DNA of 64,000 bases from contig JACPBB010000002.1 in NCBI GenBank assembly GCA_016180525.1, positions 225,044 to 289,043 of the forward strand, written 5' to 3'. The notes beneath the pieces are model-generated. The model saw nothing but the letters and a program-made list of their open reading frames with translations. It did no database searches and was not told where the DNA came from. Origin of the DNA: Parcubacteria group bacterium (GTDB lineage Bacteria > Patescibacteriota > Minisyncoccia > Phycocordibacterales > UBA2135). The translations under genes were made by a program, and so were the position numbers. Below are positions 27,645-36,465 of this stretch, one piece after another (positions within the stretch are counted from its first letter, which is position 1; each line of letters opens with the position of its first letter).

Positions 27645-28280
27645 GTGCGCAGAGCATTGATTGAGGGACATATCCGGAAATTGTCTGATTCGCTTGGCGG
27701 AATTCGTCCTCCGGTTACTGGAGAAATACTTTACGTGCTGCATGCGAAAAAAGATTTTGCCGGAATGGTGAAATACATTGCCCGCGCGCTTAAGGTAAAC
27801 TGTAAGATACGAATTGACTATGTTAACTGTACCGATGACGCCAATGCAAAAATAGGTTATCCAGAGCACATATCTCCCTTTGGAACCAGAGAATTTAGAA
27901 ACACTAAAGTTACACTGTATCTGCATCAGGCATTCCTGCGGGCGGCGCCATGCGACATGGTTATTTTTGCTATTGCGCATGAATTTTCCCACGTTGTTCT
28001 TGCCTCTATTGGCCACGAATTAAAGAGTGACGAAGTGGCAGCTGATTTAACGGCAATGATATTAGGATTTCGTTATTTTTATCTTTCGGGAAATAGATAT
28101 GACAAAGAGGGGAACCAGTTTGAAACAGATATTTTTTTGAAATTGTGGCGTGAATTCAATAAACGATTGTTGGGACATGTGTATATACATGTTACATGCG
28201 GATATCTCACTATGGAAGAAATACAGTTTGGATGCTCACTTATGGAGGAAATAGAAAAAACGCAGCATAAAAATAAGTAA
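27645..28280 (+). CDS. Putative zinc metallopeptidase-like protein (HExxH)
   Basis: IAHEFSHVVL...E..AD motif. Confidence 0.55.
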   Translation: MRRALIEGHIRKLSDSLGGIRPPVTGEILYVLHAKKDFAGMVKYIARALKVNCKIRIDYVNCTDDANAKIGYPEHISPFGTREFRNTKVTLYLHQAFLRAAPCDMVIFAIAHEFSHVVLASIGHELKSDEVAADLTAMILGFRYFYLSGNRYDKEGNQFETDIFLKLWREFNKRLLGHVYIHVTCGYLTMEEIQFGCSLMEEIEKTQHKNK

Positions 28281-28365
28281 CCGCCCATGATTGGGGCGGT
28301 TTTTCATTGACTTTTGAGATTTTCTTAAGTAATCTGCCAGATAGTTTGTTCAAAAAGGGGCGTGC

Positions 28366-28917
28366 ATGAAAATCATTCTTCCGAAAATTTTTTATGGCAT
28401 TGATCTGGCCGAAGAGCCGCTGTTCTTTTTGGCGGGGCCAATACGAGGTGGAGGAGACTGGCAAAAAGAGACGTGCGTCGCGCTTCAAAAGCATGTGCCG
28501 AATTGCATTATTGCTTGCCCCTGCAGGTGGAGTGCAAAGCACCCGCTCTCTTCATATTTTACAGAGGGGCTGGATACTGTTTTTGAAAGGCAGACAGACT
28601 GGGAGCGATATTACCTTGAACGAGCGGGCACATTAAACTTTGCCGGCGGCATCATTTTCTGGCTTCCGTGCGAAAGCAAAAAAGATCCCCATCCGGGACC
28701 CGAGCCATACGCAATGGATACCCGGGGAGAGTTGGGAGAGTGGAGATGGCGGATGAAGACAGAGAACGCGCGCGTTGTTGTCGGCGCCGAAGAGGGTTTC
28801 TTCGGTCTCAGCCAAATGCAGCGCAATTTTAGCAAGGCTCTCGGCTATGATTTTCCGGTCTATTCTTCTATTGAAGATACGGTGGAAGCGGCAGTGGCTC
28901 TTGCCTCGAGACAGTAA
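28366..28917 (+). CDS. Nucleoside 2-deoxyribosyltransferase-like protein
   Basis: FFLAGPI.G..DWQ, Q..WE...L, IIFW and T..ELG motifs. Confidence 0.7.
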   Translation: MKIILPKIFYGIDLAEEPLFFLAGPIRGGGDWQKETCVALQKHVPNCIIACPCRWSAKHPLSSYFTEGLDTVFERQTDWERYYLERAGTLNFAGGIIFWLPCESKKDPHPGPEPYAMDTRGELGEWRWRMKTENARVVVGAEEGFFGLSQMQRNFSKALGYDFPVYSSIEDTVEAAVALASRQ

Positions 28918-29065
28918 CTAAATCCCCCATTTTATCAGATGGGGGATTTTTCAAATTTTAAAATTGTTAAAATATTTTACGCGTGGCTATTTATTAATAC
29001 AAAATATTATGCGACGCTCCGTTGAAACTCTCTGGGGTCGGTGGATGGAAGGCGTGTGAGCGATT

Positions 29066-29218
29066 TCAAGTTCTTCGGCTATCGGCCCAAAGAAACAGAA
29101 CGCCCAAAGCAAAATAAAGTGTTACTTCTATCCAACTTTGTTTCTGAAATGCTTCAAAAAGCGCTGTTCCAAAAAAGATTATGAATATTGTAAGATTTAT
29201 GAATTTCGGGCTTTTCAT
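29066..29218 (-). CDS. Small 2-TM membrane protein (50 aa; below the ORF-track cut-off)
   Basis: Manual translation MKSPKFINLTIFIIFFGTALFEAFQKQSWIEVTLYFALGVLFLWADSRRT*. Confidence 0.55.
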   Translation of the reverse strand: MKSPKFINLTIFIIFFGTALFEAFQKQSWIEVTLYFALGVLFLWADSRRT

Positions 29219-29273
29219 GCTTTCGTTCTAGCTAATTTATTCTTTGGCGGCAAATTTTATTCGGAAATTTTTA

Positions 29274-29486
29274 TTATTCAATAAAACCCACTATCGCCAA
29301 AAATCCCAAGAGCACAAAAATGACTCCTATAAATCGAGTAATGTTGTACGTGCGTTGGCTCGGTTCATATTTTGCACCCATAATTACACGTTGAGTCCAA
29401 ATTTGAAATTGTATTAAAATATCTGGCCTTACCACCATAAGCCCACCCGCAACCAAAAGAATAAATCCGACTATTGTAGATTCCAT
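29274..29486 (-). CDS. Small 2-TM membrane protein
   Basis: 70 aa, two hydrophobic helices around a YEPS...RFIG motif. Confidence 0.65.
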   Translation of the reverse strand: MESTIVGFILLVAGGLMVVRPDILIQFQIWTQRVIMGAKYEPSQRTYNITRFIGVIFVLLGFLAIVGFIE

Positions 29487-29517
29487 ATGAGATAATTATA
29501 ACTAATTTATTTTTTAG

Positions 29518-29645
29518 CGGAGGCGGCAGGAACCTCACTACTCAGCCGATGGTCATCGGCTTGCGTTTTCAAACCACTCGGTTTGAAGAATCCTCCACGA
29601 GAAAATTACAGTTTTCCCGACCCCTTTCGTGTTCGAATCCTGCCG
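29518..29645. repeat. tRNA-3'-end-mirroring structured element (Ser copy)
   Basis: Ends CGGAGGCGGCAGGA and TTCGAATCCTGCCG copy the tRNA-Ser 3' end in opposite orientations; core is homologous to 59949-60088. Confidence 0.8.
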
Positions 29646-29700
29646 TCACGAAAAGACGCTTTTTCAAAATACCCATATGGGGTATCTTAAAAAATCATTT

Positions 29701-29787
29701 CGGAGGCGGCAGGATTCGAACCTGCGGAACCCTTTCGGGTTCAACACATTAGCAGTGTGCTGCTTTCGACCGCTCAGCCACGCCTCC
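29701..29787 (-). tRNA. tRNA-Ser(GCU)
   Basis: GGAGGCG...CGCCTCC-G, long variable arm, anticodon loop CTGCTAA. Confidence 0.93.
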
Positions 29788-29791
29788 AATA

Positions 29792-30037
29792 TTATTTTGT
29801 TGTTATTAATTTTTTAAATGCCCCTCCTCCTTTATACCTCTTTATTTGTCTTTCTCGCAACCAAGCGTCTTTTTTTGAGAAATATTTCTCTACTTTTACC
29901 ACCTTCCACGGAATACCAGATTTCGTTGATTTATTTTTTTCAGAATTATGATAATGCAGACGCTTTTCTAAATTAGAAGTATATCCAATGTAATATTTTT
30001 TATTTATGTCACTGTAAAGAATGTATACGATAAACAT
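29792..30037 (-). CDS. Small GIY-YIG nuclease family protein
   Basis: MFIVYILYS...YYIGYT..LEKRL..HN...STK...PW...E..IK motif; start reassigned. Confidence 0.9.
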   Translation of the reverse strand: MFIVYILYSDINKKYYIGYTSNLEKRLHYHNSEKNKSTKSGIPWKVVKVEKYFSKKDAWLRERQIKRYKGGGAFKKLITTK

Positions 30038-30039
30038 AA

Positions 30040-30103
30040 GCTGCTTTCGACCGCCCACCGCCTTTGGCGGGGTCCCGCTCCGGCGGTGATCAGCCACGCC
30101 TCC
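30040..30103 (-). pseudogene. Duplicated 5' fragment of tRNA-Ser interrupted by a GC-rich palindrome
   Basis: GGAGGCGTGGCTGA-[35-nt insert]-GCGGTCGAAAGCAGC is identical to the tRNA-Ser 5' end. Confidence 0.8.
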
Positions 30104-30169
30104 CTAAATCATAATTTGCTTTGCAAATTTGATTGGGCAATCGTCCGCTATGAGCGGAGCGATTTAGCC
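30102..30169. repeat. Structured two-hairpin element, copy 2
   Basis: CCCTAAATCA...TGATTGGGCAA...TTTAGCC. Confidence 0.8.
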
Positions 30170-30270
30170 AAATCATTCTTTACCATACCATATTTTCATA
30201 TCTTTTCCAGTATTTTTTTACTAAAAATCTTATATACTTATTTTTAGAAAATACAAAGGAGATTTTTTAA

Positions 30271-30597
30271 ATGACAAAAAAAATGTCTCCGGTTGTAAAG
30301 AATTTTGGACGAACGTTGCGCAGTATTCGAAGGACAAGCGCGAATTTTAACAAAGCGATGGGTTTTAAAAATCAGGTGAAAAATGCGCACGAAGCATTAA
30401 AGGGAAGTGTGATAAAAAAAGTTGTTGGAGAAGAGGGGCCAATGGGGAAAACAGTTCGAGTGATTTGCGAAGATGGCATGGAATTTGTTGCCAAATCAGT
30501 AAGCAGGCCCGGGATACATTACGAATGGGATACAGGGACGCTTGTTCAGGTGGAACGTCGTGGCGCGAGACTTGACGGACCAATTATTGACGAATAA
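30271..30597 (+). CDS. Hypothetical protein
   Basis: 108 aa, AAGGAG RBS, terminator downstream. Confidence 0.6.
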   Translation: MTKKMSPVVKNFGRTLRSIRRTSANFNKAMGFKNQVKNAHEALKGSVIKKVVGEEGPMGKTVRVICEDGMEFVAKSVSRPGIHYEWDTGTLVQVERRGARLDGPIIDE

Positions 30598-30624
30598 TGT
30601 AGTAAAGCCGCACGTGCGGCTTTT

Positions 30625-31278
30625 TTAATGCGCCACCGTGCAGCATAAAATTTTTCGCGCGCCGGCAGCTTCTAAAACTTTTCGCGCCTCTAGCATTGTT
30701 CCTCCTGTTGTATAAATATCATCAATTAAAATTATATTTCTCCCGGCAATTTGTTCGGGATGAGAGAGGCTGAAACACCCGAGAACATTTCGCAGGCGCG
30801 CTTCACGATTTTTTATTGTCGCCTGTGGCGCTGTTTCTTTGTGTTTTTCTAAAACTTCAACGCACAATTTAAATCCCTCTCCGTGAGTTACGAGTTCTTT
30901 TGCGATTAACTCCGCCTGATTAAATCCGCGTTCACGCCACCGTTTTTGTGAAAGCGGAATGGGTATTACAAGCGGCTTTTCAAATTCTTGAAACAAGACC
31001 AACTCTTCCAGCTCGGCGCAGAGTTCCTCGTAGAGCATCTTCGCGCACACTGCCGCAATGTCTTTGCCGCCCTTATATTTTAATGTCCACAGCAGGCGGC
31101 GTATTGTTTCATCTTTGTATTGAAAAACCGAAACAAAACCAGTTTCATCGTGCGCGACCCTCGGCAGCTCTTCAACACAGCTCATACATATATATGTACC
31201 CGTCACTCCGCATTTAAAACACCGCGCGGGAAAGAGCTCGTTGAGTAAGGTCGACCAAAATATCTTTATATATTCCAT
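30625..31278 (-). CDS. comF: ComF family competence protein (Zn ribbon plus PRTase)
   Basis: CxxC...CxxC, RGFNQAE and IILIDDIYTTGGT motifs. Confidence 0.92.
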   Translation of the reverse strand: MEYIKIFWSTLLNELFPARCFKCGVTGTYICMSCVEELPRVAHDETGFVSVFQYKDETIRRLLWTLKYKGGKDIAAVCAKMLYEELCAELEELVLFQEFEKPLVIPIPLSQKRWRERGFNQAELIAKELVTHGEGFKLCVEVLEKHKETAPQATIKNREARLRNVLGCFSLSHPEQIAGRNIILIDDIYTTGGTMLEARKVLEAAGARKILCCTVAH

Positions 31279-31681
31279 ACCTCTTAATGAATCTCCACAC
31301 CTTAACAGGCGTGGAGATTCATTTCAAGAACCCTCGGTTCTTGACGTGACGTGTCGCTTTGCTCGCGTCACTGATCTCCGACACGGGAAAACTGCGCCTC
31401 TCGCCTGTTTCGCTTTGCGAAACAACGGCGAGTCTGCCTGCGACAGATAGGATGAAAAGCAAAGCAGCTTGCTTTTCATTCCTGCTCCCCCTTTCCTTGC
31501 AGCTCTTATTTTCCGCCTTTACAGGCGGAGAATAAGAGCTGAATTAATGGGGATAAGTTTGACAGTTTCAATATTATAATTCAACGCTTGCGTGGTATAA
31601 TTATATAGGCCGAATTCACTTGTGGCGAGCGAAGCCGAATCCACATAGGAAGACACGGAGATACTTGATATTATTAAAGCA

Positions 31682-32842
31682 ATGAGTCTTTTAGAGCAGA
31701 TAATTCGCGCTCCCTTATCTTTTCTTGGAAAATTTGGGAAAAAGAGCGGAAACAGCGTTATCGGTGTTGATATTGGGCCATCCTCAATTAAGGTGGTGCA
31801 ATTGCGCCGTGAAGGCGGCCGCGCCATCCTTGAAACATATGGGGAGCTCGCGCTCGGTCCCTACGCAGGGCTTTCAGTCGGACAAGCGACAAATCTTTCT
31901 GCTGAAAAAATCGCGGAAGTGTTGAAAGACATATTGCGAGAAGCAAATGTTACGACAAAAGAAGCAGCGTTCTCTATTCCGCTTGCCGCAAGTCTCACAT
32001 CTGTCATCTCCCTTCCGGCGGTCAGCGAGAAAGAATTAAAAAGCATGGTTCCGATTGAGGCGCGTAAGTACATACCGGTACCGATTTCCGAAACAACACT
32101 TGATTTTTGGGTAATACCCAAAAGAGAAAACGACACTCTTGAAATTGAGCGCGAGTCTCTGGCGGAAAATTCGGGCGAAGCAAGTGATTCGGGGCGCGTT
32201 GATGTGCTTTTGGTTGCGATTCACAACAGCATTATTCAAAAATATACGCGAGTCGCCGAACTTGCTAGTCTCTCTGTTGGCTTTTTGGAAATTGAAACAT
32301 TTAGTGCTATCCGGGCGCTTCTCTCTGGCGGCATCTCCACATCTCTTATATTGGACATTGGATCAAACGCCACGAATGTTTCAATTGTTGAAAACGGCGT
32401 TGTGTACCGGTCGCATGTGGTAAACCGCGGCTCGCAGGACATAACAGTCGCGCTCTCAAGGGCCTTGAGCATCACGCCGCTTCAGGCAGAAGAAATGAAG
32501 CGCGAAAAGGGAATTTTGGAGGCGGATGGGGAAGAGAGTAAGGTCGCGCACACCGCACGGCTCATATTGGAAAATATTTTTACGGAAGCAAACCGAGTGC
32601 TTCTTGAATACGAGAAGAAACAGCATGCGGCCGTGAGTAGAGTGTTTCTTTCCGGTGGTGGAGCATTGCTCAAAGGGCTATTGTCGTTTGCAAAGCAAAA
32701 TTTAGATACTGAAGTGATATATGGAAATCCTTTTTCAAAAGTAGAAACTCCAGCCTTTCTTGAATCTGTATTAAAGGATATTGGCCCGAGCTTTTCAGTC
32801 GCAGTTGGAGTAGCGCTTCGTAGATTGCAGGAATTAGAATAA
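31682..32842 (+). CDS. pilM: Type IV pilus assembly protein PilM
   Basis: IGVDIG.SSIKVV, EARKYIP, LDIG and LSGGGALL motifs. Confidence 0.92.
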   Translation: MSLLEQIIRAPLSFLGKFGKKSGNSVIGVDIGPSSIKVVQLRREGGRAILETYGELALGPYAGLSVGQATNLSAEKIAEVLKDILREANVTTKEAAFSIPLAASLTSVISLPAVSEKELKSMVPIEARKYIPVPISETTLDFWVIPKRENDTLEIERESLAENSGEASDSGRVDVLLVAIHNSIIQKYTRVAELASLSVGFLEIETFSAIRALLSGGISTSLILDIGSNATNVSIVENGVVYRSHVVNRGSQDITVALSRALSITPLQAEEMKREKGILEADGEESKVAHTARLILENIFTEANRVLLEYEKKQHAAVSRVFLSGGGALLKGLLSFAKQNLDTEVIYGNPFSKVETPAFLESVLKDIGPSFSVAVGVALRRLQELE

Positions 32843-32847
32843 ATTTC

Positions 32848-32917
32848 AGGCACTAGCCATTAGGCACTAGGGGAAAATAAAAATATTCCTAAAGCCTAAA
32901 GCCTAAAGCCTAGTATC
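32848..32917 (+). repeat. Heptamer-repeat hairpin abutting the start codon
   Basis: AGGCACTAGCCATTAGGCACTAGG...TTCCTAAAGCCTAAAGCCTAAAGCCTAGTATC-ATG. Confidence 0.85.
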
Positions 32918-33520
32918 ATGGCAGAATTTAAAACATCCTTTATTCCCAAAAAACCCATTTCCCCAAGCGGGGCCGGGCAAGCACAAAAAGGCATCAACCT
33001 TGTTTTGTTTGTTTCAATTGTAATTTTTTTCGCCTCTGCGCTTATCGCGGGCGGGGTATTTTTATTCGGAGTCTTTCTTGACCGGCAGGAACAAGGACTC
33101 ACCTCCTCAATTGAACGTGCACGAGAAGCCATTGAGCCGGAGCTTGTTTCTAGTTTAAGTAGAATTGATGCAAGAATTAAGGCCGTAAAAAATATTCTTG
33201 ATAATCATCGCACGGTTTCTCCGCTTTTTGATTTACTTGAACAAATTACGCTTCAGAGCGTTTCATTTGAAAGTTTTCAATATATTGTTGAGTCCGAAGG
33301 GAAAATTAATTTACTGCTCAGCGGTACGGCACGGAATTATTCCTCCATAGCGCTCCAGTCGGTATTGTTCGGGGAAGACAGATCTATTGAAAATCCTATT
33401 TTTTCAAATCTTCAGCTTAATAATCAAGGAAATGTTAAGTTTAATTTTTCCGCGAATGTGAATCAGCGTCTTACTTTGTACCGGAACGCGGTTTTGGGAG
33501 CAGTAACTCAAAGTTTTTAA
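32918..33520 (+). CDS. pilN: PilN-like pilus assembly protein
   Basis: Short cytoplasmic N-terminus (SFIPK), TM, coiled coil, LSGTA; located after pilM. Confidence 0.75.
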   Translation: MAEFKTSFIPKKPISPSGAGQAQKGINLVLFVSIVIFFASALIAGGVFLFGVFLDRQEQGLTSSIERAREAIEPELVSSLSRIDARIKAVKNILDNHRTVSPLFDLLEQITLQSVSFESFQYIVESEGKINLLLSGTARNYSSIALQSVLFGEDRSIENPIFSNLQLNNQGNVKFNFSANVNQRLTLYRNAVLGAVTQSF

Positions 33521-33526
33521 CATACT

Positions 33527-34066
33527 ATGATACGACAAATTTTACCAATTCTTCTTGTCTTAGCGTCGCTTGCGATATTCTTTTTCTTTGTTGTTCCACA
33601 ATACGCGACGCTTCAAGGAAAACGTAGTCAGATAGCCGCCCTTAACGAAGCCCTCAACAATTCACGACAAGTACAGGCCGTGAGAGACAGGTTGCTCACA
33701 AGTTACAACAATATTGCGGACGAAGACATTGACCGGCTGAAGAAAATTTTACCGGACCACGTTGATAACGTGCGTCTCATTCTTGAAATTGATCGTATTG
33801 CTTCCCGGAATGGTATGGTTCTCCAGAATGTGGTTACGAGAGATAGCACGAAAGAAAGCGCCGGTTCTTTTGGACCGAATGACGCGCTTTTCGGGAAGAT
33901 TCGCATAGGGTTTTCTTTGATTGGGCGGTATGAGTCAATTGTGAATTTTCTGGCTGAACTTGAACAAAGTCTCCGCGTTGTTGATGTCGTGGCACTGTCA
34001 TTTGCGCGCGGGCAAGGAGATTTGTTTGAATACGATTTGGAAATTGATACGTATTGGCTAAAGTGA
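33527..34066 (+). CDS. pilO: PilO-like pilus assembly protein
   Basis: TM, coiled coil, LP, G.Y....FL..LE.S.R motif. Confidence 0.8.
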   Translation: MIRQILPILLVLASLAIFFFFVVPQYATLQGKRSQIAALNEALNNSRQVQAVRDRLLTSYNNIADEDIDRLKKILPDHVDNVRLILEIDRIASRNGMVLQNVVTRDSTKESAGSFGPNDALFGKIRIGFSLIGRYESIVNFLAELEQSLRVVDVVALSFARGQGDLFEYDLEIDTYWLK

Positions 34067-34218
34067 ATTGGCCCGCCATTTTTGAACTTTCGTTGAGAGT
34101 TCAAAAATGGCGGAAGCCAAACCTTTACCCCTTTCTTTTCGCGCAAGCGCGCAAAAGGAGGGGGTGCTCAAAAAATATATTCATTATTCATTTCATTCAT
34201 AATTCATTATTTTTTGGC

Positions 34219-34518
34219 ATGTCTCAAAAAAATAAAAACATAATACTTGGCGTTGTTCTTCTCGTTGTTATTTTTATGGCGTACTCGTTCTTTTTTAAAA
34301 AAGATTCAAACGAAAGTCCGCTCATTGCAGAGAGTACTCTTTCTCAAAACAAGGAATCAGGAGTTGTTGAAGAATTTTTAGTTCTTTTGCGAACTCTCAA
34401 TAATTTAAAACTTGACGCGGAATTGTTCAATGACGAGGTGTATCGTAGTTTGCGCGATGAGAGCGTGGAGCTTGTTGGGCAGCCTCGTGGACGAGTAAAT
34501 CCGTTTGCACCACTGTAG
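34219..34518 (+). CDS. Small membrane protein, PilP-like
   Basis: TM plus C-terminal GRVNPFAP motif; start reassigned to MSQKNK. Confidence 0.65.
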   Translation: MSQKNKNIILGVVLLVVIFMAYSFFFKKDSNESPLIAESTLSQNKESGVVEEFLVLLRTLNNLKLDAELFNDEVYRSLRDESVELVGQPRGRVNPFAPL

Positions 34519-34580
34519 CCTCTAGGCCATAGGGTCGTCAAAGACTAATGGCTAAATCCTAGTGGTTAACTACTAACATC

Positions 34581-36383
34581 ATGGCTTTTTTAGACTATCT
34601 TGTTCAAAAAGGAATTTTAGAGTCGCGTGATATTGATACAATTATAGAAGAAAGCGCCGACTCGGGAGACATAGAACCCGCATTACAAAAGCGCGGCATT
34701 CCCGAGGAAAAACTTTTAAATCTTAAGGCGGAATATTTTGGTGTGCCTGCCAAAAATATTGACCCAGCGGCCGTTTCCGCCGAACTGTTGCGGTACATAC
34801 CGGAAGAATCGGTGTTACATTATCATTTTATTCCCATTGGATTTGCCGATGGCGTGCTTGAGGTTGGCGTCATTGATCCCGACAACATGGAGGCACGCGA
34901 TGCGCTCCAGTTTATCGCTTCAAAACTCGGTGTCCCATTTAAAATATTTCTTATTTCCAAATCAAATTTTGATGCGTTACTTGAAAACTATCGCGGATTA
35001 ACTGGGGAAGTACACCAGGCTCTTTCAGAAATTGAAAGCGAGGTACAGTCGGAAAACGCACCTCCCGTGCCCGTGCCGTCCATAAGTGACCTGCAATCAG
35101 GAAAAAACATCGGTACGAATAAGAAAAAAATATCCATAAATAAAAACGGATTGCCGACCGATAAAATTACGAATGACGTCAACATTGGCAAAGGGGTAAT
35201 TCTAGAAGATGCTCCTGTTACAAAAATTGTTGGTGTTATTTTACGGCATGCGATTGACGGAGGAGCTTCGGATGTTCACATAGAGCCGACTGCCAAAAAT
35301 ATTCGCGTGCGCTTTAGGGTAGACGGAGTTTTATACACGAGCTTACAGCTTCCCTCGGCTGTTTTAAACGCAGTTGTCGCACGGATTAAAGTTATGGCGA
35401 ATTTGAAACTTGATGAAAAAAGGAAACCACAAGACGGAAGATTCCCCATGAAGCTAGAGGAAAGGACCATTGATCTGCGCGTTTCCACTTTTCCTACGTA
35501 TTATGGGGAAAAGGTAGTTATGAGAATCTTAGACCCACAGCGGGGCGTTGCCGAACTTGAAAAAACGGGTCTTTCTGAAGAAAATATTAAAAAAATACGC
35601 GAAGCGATTAAACGTCCTTACGGAATGATTTTGCTTACTGGCCCCACTGGTTCTGGAAAGACGACGACTCTCTATGCCATGTTAAAAGAACTTGACCGTG
35701 ACAAGAAAAATGTTGTCAGTCTTGAAGATCCCGTAGAATATACGATTGAGGGCGTGAGTCAGTCACATGTTCGACCAGAAATTGGATACACATTTGCGAC
35801 TGGTTTGCGCACTACGCTTCGTCAAGATCCAGATGTGGTTATGGTGGGGGAGATTAGAGATAAGGAAACCGCAGAACTAGCGATTCAAGCGGCGCTTACG
35901 GGACACCTTGTACTCTCAACGCTCCACACGAACAACGCTGCTGGAGTTGTGCCAAGACTTGTAGACATGGGCATTGACCAATATCTTATAGCGGCAACCC
36001 TTGCAGTCGCGATTGCGCAGCGTCTTGTAAAAGTAATTTGCCCTGATTCTAAAAAGCCAGTGCCGGTTACGGAAAGCATCAAGGTAATGGCAGAAAAGTT
36101 ATTTGCGGATCTTCCCGCTGAATTTAAAAAACAAATTCCCCGTATGAAAAATGTCTATGAAGCGGTGCCGTCGGAGAGTTGCCCCGGTGGTACCCGTGGC
36201 AGAACAGGCGTTTTTGAGCTTTTTGTGGTTGATCGGGATATGGAAAAAGTGATACTGACAAACCCCGTTGAGTCTGAAATATTTAGGGTGGCGCGGGGAC
36301 AAGGAATGCTTACTATGAAAGAAGATGCCCTCATTAAAGCATTAGAGGGTGTAATCCCTTTTGGTGAAGTTAACGCACTGTAA
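34581..36383 (+). CDS. pilB: Type IV pilus assembly ATPase PilB/GspE
   Basis: ASDVHIEP, GPTGSGKTT, LRQDPD and LSTLHTN motifs. Confidence 0.93.
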   Translation: MAFLDYLVQKGILESRDIDTIIEESADSGDIEPALQKRGIPEEKLLNLKAEYFGVPAKNIDPAAVSAELLRYIPEESVLHYHFIPIGFADGVLEVGVIDPDNMEARDALQFIASKLGVPFKIFLISKSNFDALLENYRGLTGEVHQALSEIESEVQSENAPPVPVPSISDLQSGKNIGTNKKKISINKNGLPTDKITNDVNIGKGVILEDAPVTKIVGVILRHAIDGGASDVHIEPTAKNIRVRFRVDGVLYTSLQLPSAVLNAVVARIKVMANLKLDEKRKPQDGRFPMKLEERTIDLRVSTFPTYYGEKVVMRILDPQRGVAELEKTGLSEENIKKIREAIKRPYGMILLTGPTGSGKTTTLYAMLKELDRDKKNVVSLEDPVEYTIEGVSQSHVRPEIGYTFATGLRTTLRQDPDVVMVGEIRDKETAELAIQAALTGHLVLSTLHTNNAAGVVPRLVDMGIDQYLIAATLAVAIAQRLVKVICPDSKKPVPVTESIKVMAEKLFADLPAEFKKQIPRMKNVYEAVPSESCPGGTRGRTGVFELFVVDRDMEKVILTNPVESEIFRVARGQGMLTMKEDALIKALEGVIPFGEVNAL

Positions 36384-36394
36384 TATAATAAAAA

Positions 36395-36465
36395 TAGGCA
36401 CTAGGCGTTAGGCATTAGGAAAAAACAACGATATTCCTAAAGCCTAAAGCCTAAAGCCTAGTATC
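36395..36465 (+). repeat. Heptamer-repeat hairpin abutting the start codon
   Basis: TAGGCACTAGGCGTTAGGCATTAGG...TTCCTAAAGCCTAAAGCCTAAAGCCTAGTATC-ATG. Confidence 0.85.

Noticed and set aside
29549-29817. Short ORFs over the tRNA-Ser region (also 59983-60216, 8170-8460 and 49924-50268)
   Set aside because: They overlap tRNA, tmRNA or structured repeats and have no coding signals.
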